Shown one piece after another: positions 26,767 to 36,500 of a stretch of DNA of 64,000 nucleotides. Source of the stretch: Acidimicrobiia bacterium (GTDB taxonomy: Bacteria > Actinomycetota > Acidimicrobiia > IMCC26256 > BP-133). Every line of letters starts with the position of its first letter. The stretch's first letter is position 1. A program made the position numbers and the translations under genes. The notes under the pieces are model-generated. The model was not told the origin of the DNA and ran no database searches. It saw only the letters and a program-made list of their open reading frames with translations. The DNA lies in NCBI GenBank assembly GCA_044867425.1, contig JBIOUX010000167.1, positions 20,365 to 84,364 on the forward strand. Reading direction: 5' to 3'.

Positions 26767-28997
26767 GGAGCACCGACACGGACGACGCCACCCGCGCCCG
26801 CCTCGAGGAGCTCGAAGCCGAACGCCGCTTCGTAGCCGGGCTCTACGAGCTGCTCGACCAGCATCGGGCCCGGACCTCCCAGCACCTGTCGTCGGTCTAC
26901 GGGTCCTCGGCGGCGGGCACCCCCCAGTGGCGCAGCGAGCGCGATGCCCTGGCGGTGTCCTTCGAGAAACGTCTGGCGGGGATGACCATCGGCGACCTGC
27001 CGCTGTGCTTCGGGCGGCTCGACATGGTCGCCGGCGGTCGCTTCCACGTCGGCCGCCTGGCCCTCTCCGACGAGCACCACGAGCCCCTGCTGGTCGACTG
27101 GCGGGCGCCGGCGGCCCAGCCCTTCTACCAGGCCACGGCCGGCGACCCCCAGGGCGTGGTCCGCCGCCGGCACCTCCTGACCCGGGGCCGGGAGGTGATC
27201 AGCCTCGACGACGAGGTCTTCGATCTCGACTCCCTCTCCGAGGAGGAACGGGCCGGCCTCCAGGGCGACGCCGCCCTGCTGGCCGCCCTGGGCCGGGAGC
27301 GCACCGGCCGGATGGGCGACATCGTGGCCACCATCCAGGCCGACCAGGACCGGATCATCCGCTCCGACCTGGGCGGCGCCCTGGTGGTGCAGGGCGGTCC
27401 GGGAACCGGGAAGACGGCCGTGGCGCTGCACCGGGCCGCCTATCTCCTGTACACCCACCGCCGCCAACTGGCCGGCAGCGGCGTCCTCATCGTCGGTCCC
27501 AACGGCGTGTTCCTGCGCTACATCGAGCAGGTGCTGCCCTCCCTGGGCGAGACCGGAGCCCTCCTGGTCACGCCCGGCGAGCTGTTCCCCGGCGTGACCG
27601 CCCGGCGAAGCGACCCACCGGCCGTGGCCCGGGTGAAGGGCGACCTGCGGATGGTCGACGTGCTGCGCAAGGCGGTGGCCGATCGCCAGCGCCTCCCCCG
27701 CCTGGACCTCACCGTCGACTTCGAGGGGCAGCGCCTGCGGCTCGACCGGCGGACGGCCCGGAGCATCCGGGCCGCGGCCCGGCGCAGCCGCCGGCCCCAC
27801 AACCGGGCCCGGGAGGTGGTGGAGCGCCTGGTCCTCGAGGCCCTGGCCGCCCAGCTGGAGGAGCCGGCGCGCCGGGGGGAGGTGCGCCGGACCCGGGCCT
27901 TCAAGGAGGTGATGGAGCGCCTCTGGCCCCTCCTCAGTCCCCAGGAGCTGCTCAACGACCTCTTCGGCTTCCCCGCCCTGCTGCGGTCGGCGGCTCCGGA
28001 TCTGAGCGCGGCGGAGCGGGAGGCGCTGGCCCGGCCCCGGCAGCGCAACGCCGCCGATGTCGATTGGTCGGTGGAGGACGTCGCCCTCCTGGACGAGGCG
28101 GCGGAGATCCTGGGTACGCCCGCCACCGGGCGACGCCGGCGGCGCCGCGGGGATGCCCAGGAGGCGTACGCCCGCAGGGTCCTGGCCGGGCTGGACCTCG
28201 GGTTCCCGGTCGACGCCGAGGCCATGGCCGCCCGCTACGCCGGGGAGAAGGGCCCCGAGCCGCTGTCGGAGCGGGCCCGGGCCGACCGGACGTGGGCCTT
28301 CGGCCACGTCATCGTGGACGAGGCCCAGGAGCTCTCCCCCATGGTGTGGCGGGTGCTGTTCCGGCGCTGCCCGTCGCGGTCGATGACCATCGTCGGTGAC
28401 CTGGCCCAGGCCGGGGTGGCCTGGCGGCCGTCGAGCTGGGCGGAGGTGCTCGACCGTCACGCCCGGGGCCGCTGGCGGGTCTCCGAGCTCACCGTCAACT
28501 ACCGGACCCCCCGGGAGATCATGGACGTGGCGGCCACGGTCCTGGCGGCCAGCGATCCGGGCGTGGAGCCGCCGGTGTCCATGCGCGACGGCGGCGAGGA
28601 GCCCTGGGCCCGGCAGCTGGACACGCCGCTCGACGGGCAGCTGGTCGACGTCGTGCGCCGGGAACTGGACGTCATCGGGACCGGCCGCCTGGCCGTCCTC
28701 ACGCCCGCGGCCCGGCGCGACGAGGTGGAGTCGGCGGTGCGGGGGGCGCTGCCCGAGGCGGTGGCCGGGGGCGTGCTCGACTCACCGGTGGCCGTGCTGG
28801 CCGTGAAGGAGGCCAAGGGCCTCGAGTTCGACTCGGTGGTGCTGGTGGAACCGGGCGAGATCGTGGACGAGTCCGAGCGGGGGCTGTCGGACCTCTACGT
28901 CGCCCTCACCCGGGCCACCCGCCGCCTCGGCGTCCTCCACTCCCAGCCGCTTCCCGAGGTGCTCGGTGGGCTCACCGGGAACGGCGGCGCTCAGTAG
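26763..28997 (+). CDS. HelD/HelR-family RNA-polymerase-associated SF1 helicase-like ATPase; start approximate
   Basis: DWRAPAA, DIVATIQADQD, QGGPGTGKTAVALHRAAYLLY, IVDEAQE, VGDLAQ, NYRTP, KGLEFD, YVALTRAT. Confidence 0.85.
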   Translation: MRSTDTDDATRARLEELEAERRFVAGLYELLDQHRARTSQHLSSVYGSSAAGTPQWRSERDALAVSFEKRLAGMTIGDLPLCFGRLDMVAGGRFHVGRLALSDEHHEPLLVDWRAPAAQPFYQATAGDPQGVVRRRHLLTRGREVISLDDEVFDLDSLSEEERAGLQGDAALLAALGRERTGRMGDIVATIQADQDRIIRSDLGGALVVQGGPGTGKTAVALHRAAYLLYTHRRQLAGSGVLIVGPNGVFLRYIEQVLPSLGETGALLVTPGELFPGVTARRSDPPAVARVKGDLRMVDVLRKAVADRQRLPRLDLTVDFEGQRLRLDRRTARSIRAAARRSRRPHNRAREVVERLVLEALAAQLEEPARRGEVRRTRAFKEVMERLWPLLSPQELLNDLFGFPALLRSAAPDLSAAEREALARPRQRNAADVDWSVEDVALLDEAAEILGTPATGRRRRRRGDAQEAYARRVLAGLDLGFPVDAEAMAARYAGEKGPEPLSERARADRTWAFGHVIVDEAQELSPMVWRVLFRRCPSRSMTIVGDLAQAGVAWRPSSWAEVLDRHARGRWRVSELTVNYRTPREIMDVAATVLAASDPGVEPPVSMRDGGEEPWARQLDTPLDGQLVDVVRRELDVIGTGRLAVLTPAARRDEVESAVRGALPEAVAGGVLDSPVAVLAVKEAKGLEFDSVVLVEPGEIVDESERGLSDLYVALTRATRRLGVLHSQPLPEVLGGLTGNGGAQ

Positions 28998-29617
28998 CGG
29001 CGGAACAGGCCGACCACCTTCCCGTAGATGGCGACCTCGTCGGGACGGAACACCATGTCGTCCATCGCCGGGTTGGCCGGACGGAGGACCACCTTGTCGC
29101 CCTTGCGGCTGAGGGTCTTGACCGTGGCCTCGTCCCCGGGGATGCCGGCCACCACGATGTCGCCCTTCTCGGCGGTGGGCTGCTGGCGGACGATGACGTG
29201 GTCGCCGTCGAAGATCCCCGCTTCGATCATCGACTCGCCCCGGACCCGCAGCATGAAGACGGGACCCTCGCCCACGAAGTCGGCCGGGAGAGGGTGGACC
29301 TCCTCCACGTTCTCGGCCGCCAGAACGCCGGTACCGGCGGCCACGTCGCCCACCAGGGGCACGTGGCGTACCGGCCGCCGGCCCAGGTTGGCGCCCGACG
29401 ACGGCTCGAAGTGGACCTGCAAGGCCCGGGGCTTGGTCGGATCCCGGACCAGGTACCCCTTGGCCACCAACGCCGACAGATGGGAGTGGACGGTGGAGGT
29501 CGACGAGAGCCCCACGGCGGCGCCGATCTCGCGGACGCTGGGGGGGTAGCCGCGCTTGCGGGCCTCGGCGTCGACGAACTCGAGGATCTGGCGTTGGCGG
29601 GGGGTCAGGTCCTGCAT
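28991..29617 (-). CDS. lexA: SOS repressor LexA
   Basis: LTPRQRQILEF, YPPSVREIG, VAAG cleavage site, GESM (Ser), ATVK (Lys); AAGGAGGG SD. Confidence 0.96.
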   Translation of the reverse strand: MQDLTPRQRQILEFVDAEARKRGYPPSVREIGAAVGLSSTSTVHSHLSALVAKGYLVRDPTKPRALQVHFEPSSGANLGRRPVRHVPLVGDVAAGTGVLAAENVEEVHPLPADFVGEGPVFMLRVRGESMIEAGIFDGDHVIVRQQPTAEKGDIVVAGIPGDEATVKTLSRKGDKVVLRPANPAMDDMVFRPDEVAIYGKVVGLFRRY

Positions 29618-29677
29618 GCATGCCCTCCTTGCGACGTGCGCCCGGCGCCGTTGCCAGGCTTGTGGCGGACGGTAACA

Positions 29678-29708
29678 CGAATGCACATTCGGAGCAAACA
29701 TGGGTTCT
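29678..29708. promoter_or_regulatory. Two LexA-box-like sites between lexA and nrdR
   Basis: CGAATGCACATTCG (29678-29691) and CAAACATGGGTTCT (29695-29708; reverse complement AGAAC-CCAT-GTTTG). Confidence 0.65.
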
Positions 29709-29750
29709 ATATCGTGCTTTGGAAGCTCCGCCGGTACTTTGGCTGCGATC

Positions 29751-29808
29751 ATGGCTCTTCGCCTGGCGGCTCATCGCGTTGCGGCCGGGGACCCCAGCCC
29801 CAGCCGCC
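29751..29808 (+). repeat. 58-bp junction repeat R58, copy 3
   Basis: ATGGCTCTTCGCCTGGCGGCTCATCGCGTTGCGGCCGGGGACCCCAGCCCCAGCCGCC. Confidence 0.9.
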
Positions 29809-29830
29809 AGTCCCTGCTACGCAGGTCCTG

Positions 29831-30319
29831 ATGCGATGTCCTTACTGTCACGGGGTGGAGGACAAGGTGGTCGACTCCCGCCTGGCGGAGGGCGGAGCCA
29901 CCATCCGCCGCCGGCGGGAGTGCCTGGTCTGCAGCCGGCGCTACACCACCTTCGAGCGGGCCGAGGAGGCCGTCCTGGTGGTGGTGAAGCGGTCGGGGCT
30001 GCGGGAGCCCTTCGACCGGGCCAAGGTGGCGAGCGGCATCCGGAGGGCGACCAAGAACCGGCCCATCGACGATGCCGCCATCGAGGCGCTGGCCGCGGCG
30101 GTGGAGGAGCAGGTGCGCCAGGCCGGCGGACCGGACGTCGGGACCGAGGCCATCGGGCGGGCCGTGCTCGACGGGCTCCGCACGCTCGACCCGGTGAGCT
30201 ACCTGCGGTTTGCCTCCGTCTACAAGGGCTTCGACGACGTGACCGACTTCGCCCGGGAGGTCGGCGAGCTCCAGAAGACCACGTCCCCCAAGTCCGGATC
30301 CGGCCGGTCCGGCGCCTAG
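29831..30319 (+). CDS. nrdR: Transcriptional repressor NrdR
   Basis: MRCPYC..DSR..IRRRRECLVCSRRYTTFE, ATP-cone, YLRFASVY. Confidence 0.96.
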   Translation: MRCPYCHGVEDKVVDSRLAEGGATIRRRRECLVCSRRYTTFERAEEAVLVVVKRSGLREPFDRAKVASGIRRATKNRPIDDAAIEALAAAVEEQVRQAGGPDVGTEAIGRAVLDGLRTLDPVSYLRFASVYKGFDDVTDFAREVGELQKTTSPKSGSGRSGA

Positions 30320-30419
30320 CGTCGCGGCTGCTTCCCTGGGGTAGCTCCATGTGCACACGTGCACGATTGCAAACAATCGCGAACGGTCTCTGACCTGCCG
30401 GTTTGCCGACCCGCCGCTG

Positions 30420-30449
30420 TTGACACGTGTGTAGTTCTGGTGCTGTAAT
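30420..30449 (+). promoter_or_regulatory. Putative sigma70-type promoter for nrdJ
   Basis: TTGACA (30420-30425), 18 nt, TGTAAT (30444-30449) preceded by TG. Confidence 0.45.
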
Positions 30450-30450
30450 T

Positions 30451-30497
30451 ACCCTCCATCTCGCGGTTCGAAGTTCGTAGGACACAAGATATTGTGG
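30451..30497. promoter_or_regulatory. Tandem NrdR boxes
   Basis: ACACAAGATATTGTGG (30482-30497) closely fits acaCwAtATaTwGtgt; weaker ACCCTCCATCTCGCGG 31 bp upstream (canonical spacing). Confidence 0.7.
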
Positions 30498-30552
30498 TTG
30501 TACTCCGGGAGACGGGTACAGGGTCGGGGAGAGATCAGGGAGGTCAGGGCCG

Positions 30553-33500
30553 ATGGCGATGGCGCCGGAGCAGGTCGGGATCGGGGTCCGCAGGCACTTC
30601 ACGCGAGCGGGGGTGCATCCCTACGACTCGGTGGCGTGGGAGAAGCGGGACGCCCGCATCCCGAACTACAAGTCCGGCGGCGACGCCTTCTTCCAGCCCG
30701 GGGTCGAGTTCCCCGTCAGCTGGTCGCAGAACGCCACCAACATCGTGGCTCAGAAGTACTTCCGGGGGCAGTTGGGCACGCCCGGCCGGGAGTCGTCGCT
30801 GCGCCAGGTCATCGACCGGGTGGCCGACACCATCTCCGACTGGGGCGTGCGCGACGGCTACTTCGTCGACGAGGCGGAGGCCGACGCCTTCCGGGACGAG
30901 CTCAAGTACCTGCTCGTCCACCAGCGGGCGGCGTTCAACTCGCCGGTGTGGTTCAACATCGGGGTGAAGGGCGTGCCGGCCCAGGCCTCAGCCTGTTTCA
31001 TCCTGGCCGTCGACGACACCATGTCCTCCATCCTCAACTGGTACGTGGAGGAGGGCACGATCTTCAAGGGCGGGTCCGGCTCGGGGATCAACCTGTCCAA
31101 CATCCGCTCCTCGGTCGAGCCCCTGGCCGGCGGCGGGACGGCCAGCGGGCCGGTCAGCTTCATGCGGGGCGCCGACGCCTCGGCCGGCACCATCAAGTGC
31201 CTCCACGCCGACACCGAGCTGGTGACCGACCACGGGTCGGTGCCCATCCGCTCGGTGGCCGCGGGCTGGCAGGTGCTGACCCGCCACGGCTTCCGCACCG
31301 TCACCGCCGTCCACGACAACGGGGTCCGTCCCCTGGTCCGGGTGCGCACCGCGCTGGGCGACGAGATCACCTGCACGCCCGAGCACCGCTTCCGGGTGCG
31401 CACGACGCTGGGCGAGATGTGGCGCCAGGCGGGGGAGCTGGGGCCGGACGACTACGTCGTCGTCGACCTGGCCCACACCGACGCCGGCTCCCCCCAGCGC
31501 CTGGTGGCGGCCGAGCCCGGCAGCGCCGAGGTGGTCCTGCCCGAAGCGCTCGACGAGGCCTTCGCCGTCTGGCTGGGCTGGGCCCATGGCGAGGGGCGGC
31601 TGCGCCCGGTGGCGGGCAGCGGGGCCCTGGCCGTGCATCTCGACGGCGAGGACAAGGCGCTGGTCGAGCGCTACCGGGCCTTCACCACCTCGGTGTTCGG
31701 TCGCCGGGCGGTGGCGGGCATGTCCACCGCCCGGGGCGGGGCGGCGCCGCCGGCCACGCTGTGCGCTCCGACGGTGGCCCGCTTCCTGCGGGACAACGGG
31801 CTGTGGCGGCTGGGGGCGGCGACGGTGCCCCGGCCGGTGCGATCCTCGCCCGCCGCCGTGCGAGCCGCCTTCCTGGCCGGCCTGTTCGAGTCGGACGGCC
31901 ACGTCCAGCACGGGTGCCCGACGCTGTGGACCCGGCGCCGGGGGCTGGCCCTCGACGTCCACCGTCTCCTGCTGTCCATCGGCATCCCGTCCAAGGTGTC
32001 GCAGGCCCGTCCGCCGGTGTCGGTGAAGGCTGGGTTCGCAGAGCCGGGCGACGACGACGCTGCGCCCGGGGCCGCCCCCACGAGCGGTCCCGGGGAGCGA
32101 GGTGTCCCCGAGAAGCAGGGCCTCTGGCGGGTGCGGGTGGTCGGCGGTGAGGGCGTGCGGCGCTTCGCCAAGCTGGTGGGCTTCGTCTCCGAGGGGAAGG
32201 CGCGGCTGCTGGAGACGGCGCTGGAGGTGGCCAAGGAGGAGCCGGAGGCCTTCGAGGCGAGCTGGTTCTTCCCCCACGTCGACGCCGAGCTCGACCGGCT
32301 CGCCTTCGGGATCGGCGCCTCCCTGCGGGCGGCCATCGGGTCGTACCGCCACGACGCCCACCCCTACGGGATGAGCCTGCCCCGGGCGGCGGGCATCGCC
32401 GCCGCCTTCCCGGCCGAGCTCGAAGGGCCCCTGGCCCGCTTCGCCCGGGGCGAGGAGCTCTACGTCCCCGTCACCGTGGAGGCGGCGGGCGAGGGGCCGA
32501 CCTTCGACCTCACCGTCGAGGACGTGCACGAGTACCTCGTCCACTCGGTGGTCACCCACAACTCGGGGGGCAAGACCCGCCGGGCGGCCAAGATGGTCAT
32601 CCTCAACGCCGACCACCCCGACATCGAGACCTTCATCTGGTGCAAGGCGGTGGAGGAGCGCAAGGCCCGGGCCCTGGCCGCGGCCGGCTTCGACATGGAT
32701 CTCGACGGGGTCGACTCGCACTCCATCCAGTACCAGAACGCCAACAACTCGGTGCGGGTGACCGACGAGTTCATGCAGGCGGTCTTGGACGACGACGACT
32801 GGGACCTCAACGCCGTCACCACCGGCGAGGCGATGAAGACCATGAAGGCCCGGGCCCTGCTGCGCCAGATCTCGGAGGCGGCCTGGGAGTGCGCCGACCC
32901 GGGGATGCAGTTCGACACCACCATCAACCGCTGGCACACGGCGTCGAACACGGGACGGATCAACGCCAGTAACCCTTGCTTCCCCGGTGACGCCAAGGTC
33001 CACACCGACAAGGGCCTGATCCGCTTCGACGAACTGGTGGACCGGGTGCGCCTGGGCGAGAGCTTCGGCGTGTACACCCATGACGCCACCAGCCCCGACG
33101 CCCCCGCCGAGCGTCTCGAGATCACGACGCCCGAAGCCGTGATGATCACCGGCTTCAACGAGATCGTGAAGCTCTCGTTCTCGAACGGGATGGAGCTGCG
33201 CTGCACGCCGAACCACAAGATCTTCACCGTCAACCGCGGCTACGTGGCGGCATCGGAGCTGACCGCGGCCGACGACGTGAAGGTTCTCGACCTTCCGGCA
33301 CCGGCGGTCCACGCCGATTGGCGCCTTCCCGTGTCGACGGACATGCGCGATTACTCGGTGAAGGGCGACTGGTCACGTTCACTGCGTCTGCCCGAGAAGT
33401 GGAGCGAGGACTTCGCCCACTACCTCGGCTGGCTGGTCGGAGATGGCTGCATTTCCGAGAACATGGTCACCACCGTCTACGGCAACGGTGACGACCAGGA

Positions 33501-36500
33501 CGAGATCCTGTCCTGGCATCGTGAGTTGCTGACCTGGATGAATGGCGATCGCGAGCCGAAGCCTTCCGTGCAGCAGAACGGAACGCTCCAGCTTCGGCAG
33601 ACGAGGCGGGTGGTCGCCCGATTCCTCGAGGCGCTGGGCATTGGTCACTCCAAGGCATCCGAGAAGAAGATTCCCTGGGCGATCGAGCAGGCGCCGGCTG
33701 AGATCGTGGCTGCCTTCCTTCGGGGACTTTTCGATGCCGACGGGTGTGTCTACGACGGTGAGAACTCCCGTTACGTCGGCATGGGATCGGCATCGCGCGT
33801 GCTGGTGGAGGACGTCCAGCGGTTGCTCGCAACGTTTGGCGTGTTCAGCCGTATCTACGCCACGAGAAAGGGCGGGGAAGCGTGCTTCCCATACACCGGC
33901 AAGGACGGAGTCGACCGGACATATCGCAGTAAGCCGCTCTTCGATCTTCGGATCGCCAATCGCTCGATCGAGGCGTTCGCCGGGCACATCGGCTTCAGCG
34001 TGCCCGCCAAGCACAACAAGCTTGCGACCTTGCTCCTCAACCACGAGTTCTATGACACCTGCAGGACAGTGAAGCTTCTCGCCCGCTCCGAGGATGGAGT
34101 GGAACTCACGTACAACCTCTGTGAGCCTCGGAACCACTCTTACATTGTTAACAACATCATCATCCGTAACTGTAGTGAATACATGCATGTGGACAACTCC
34201 GCCTGCAACCTCGCCAGCCTCAACCTGCTCAAGTTCCTGAACGACGACGACATGTTCGACGTCGAGGGGTTCAAGGCCGCCGTCGAGGTGATCTTCACCG
34301 CTCAGGAGATCCTGGTCGGCAACGCCGACTACCCGACGCCGAAGATCGGCGAGAACTCGCGGGCCTTCCGCCAGCTGGGTATCGGCTACGCCAACCTCGG
34401 GGCCCTGCTCATGGCCCAGGGGCTTCCCTACGACTCCGACAAGGGCCGGGTCCTGGCCGGAGCCATCACCTCACTGATGACCGGCCACGCCTATGCCACG
34501 AGCGCCCGCACGGCTGGGCGGATGGGACCGTTCGCCGGGTTCGCCAAGAACAAGGAGCCGATGCTCAACGTGCTGCGGATGCACCGGGCCGAGGTCGACA
34601 AGATCGACCCGAGCCTGGCGCCGGCCGAGCTGGTCGAGGCGGCCCGCAGCTCCTGGGACGAGGCGGTCGAGATCAGCGAGACGCACGGGGTCCGCAACAG
34701 CCAGGCCAGTGTCTTGGCGCCCACCGGCACCATAGGCCTCATGATGGACTGTGACACCACTGGTGTCGAACCAGATCTGGCGCTCACCAAGGCCAAGAAG
34801 CTGGTCGGCGGCGGGACGATGTTCATCGTCAACCAGACGGTGCCCCGGGCCCTCCGGCGGCTCGGCTACTCCGACGAGCAGCGCGAAGCGATCATCGCCT
34901 GGATCGACGAGCACAAGACGATCCTCGGCGCACCGGGCCTGCGGGCGGAGGATCTGCCGGTCTTCGCCTGCGCCATGGGCGACAACACGATCCATTACAT
35001 GGGTCACGTTCGGATGATGGCGGCTGTCCAGCCCTTCATCTCGGGTGCCATCTCGAAATGCGTGGTGGGAGAGACGCTGCTGTCGACCGCCAACGGTCTC
35101 GTCCGGATCGGGAGCCTGCACCGCGGGGAGCCGGCGGACAGTTTCCGCGACGAATACATCGAGGTCGCCTCCCTGGGGGGCACGCACAAGACCGACGCCT
35201 TCTATTACGGCGGCGTGCGTCCGGTGCGGGAAGCCGTGCTCCGGTCAGGCCACCGCGTCGTCGGAACTCCCAACCACCGGCTCCTCGTAGCCGGCGACGG
35301 CGACGTGGCTTGGAAGCGGCTCGACGAGGTCGAACCGGGTGACCACGTCGCCGTTCACTATGGCGCCGAGATGTGGTCGACCCTGCCTGCCCGCTTCGAC
35401 GACTTCCGTCCCTCCGCTCGGTATGGCAGTCAGAAGCGGGTTCGCATCCCGGATGAGATGTCAGAGGAGCTGGCGTTCCTGCTCGGCGCCTACGTGGCGG
35501 AGGGTCACACCACCCGCTGCACGTGGACGGTCACCATCACGAACTCGGTGCCCGAGGTGCTCGAGCGGGTGGCGGCGGCGTGGCGCTCCCTGTTCGGCGT
35601 GGAGGCCCGCATCGCCCGGCCGGTTGACCGTTGCGCCAGCGTGATCGTGTCCTCCAAGACGATCGTGGAGTTCCTCGAGTACCTGGGCTGTGGCGATCGG
35701 GCGTCCTCCAAGCGCATCCCCGACGCGGTGCTGTGCTCGCCCCGCTCCATGGTTCTCGCCTTCCTCCAAGGCCTGTTCCTGGACGGCTACGGCGCCTGGA
35801 TGGGTCGCACCCCGAAGGCGGCGATCTGTGTTGATTCGCCTGCCCTGCTCGACGACCTCCAGGCCGTGTTGACCAACCTCGGCGTCGTCCACAGCCGGAA
35901 CAGCAAGCTGAACCGCCAGAACGGCAAGACCTGCGACGAGGTCTACGCCACTGGTGAGGCGGCTCAACGGCTCCTGCGACTCGTTCCCTTCGCCGAACCG
36001 GCCAAGGCGGCGCGGGCGGCAGAGCTACTGGCCGCGACCCCGTCGCAGAGCAACAGCGACGTGGTGCCGGGCATCACGCCCAGGGATCTTCTGCAGCTGA
36101 TCCCGAGGGGGAAGTGGGGCTCTGGCTCTAGGACCCGCACCGAGTTCGGCTTCCTCCATGACCCGCGGACCCAGCACGTCAGCCGGCGGACTCTTCAGAG
36201 GGTGGCGGCGATCCCGGGTGTCGAGCTCCCGTACTGGCTCCAGCTCGTGATCGTCGACGATCTGCACTTCAGCCCCATGGAGCGGATCGCCGATGCCGGC
36301 GAGCGCGAGGTCTACGACATCTCCGTCCCGCTGGTCCACGCCTTCGTGGGCAACGGGATCGTGAACCACAACACCATCAACATGCCCGAAGAGGCCACGG
36401 TCGAAGACGTGGAGGACCTCCACATCGAAGCCTGGAAACTGGGCATCAAGGCCATCGCCATCTACCGGGACAACTGCAAGGTGGCCCAGCCCCTGTCGAC

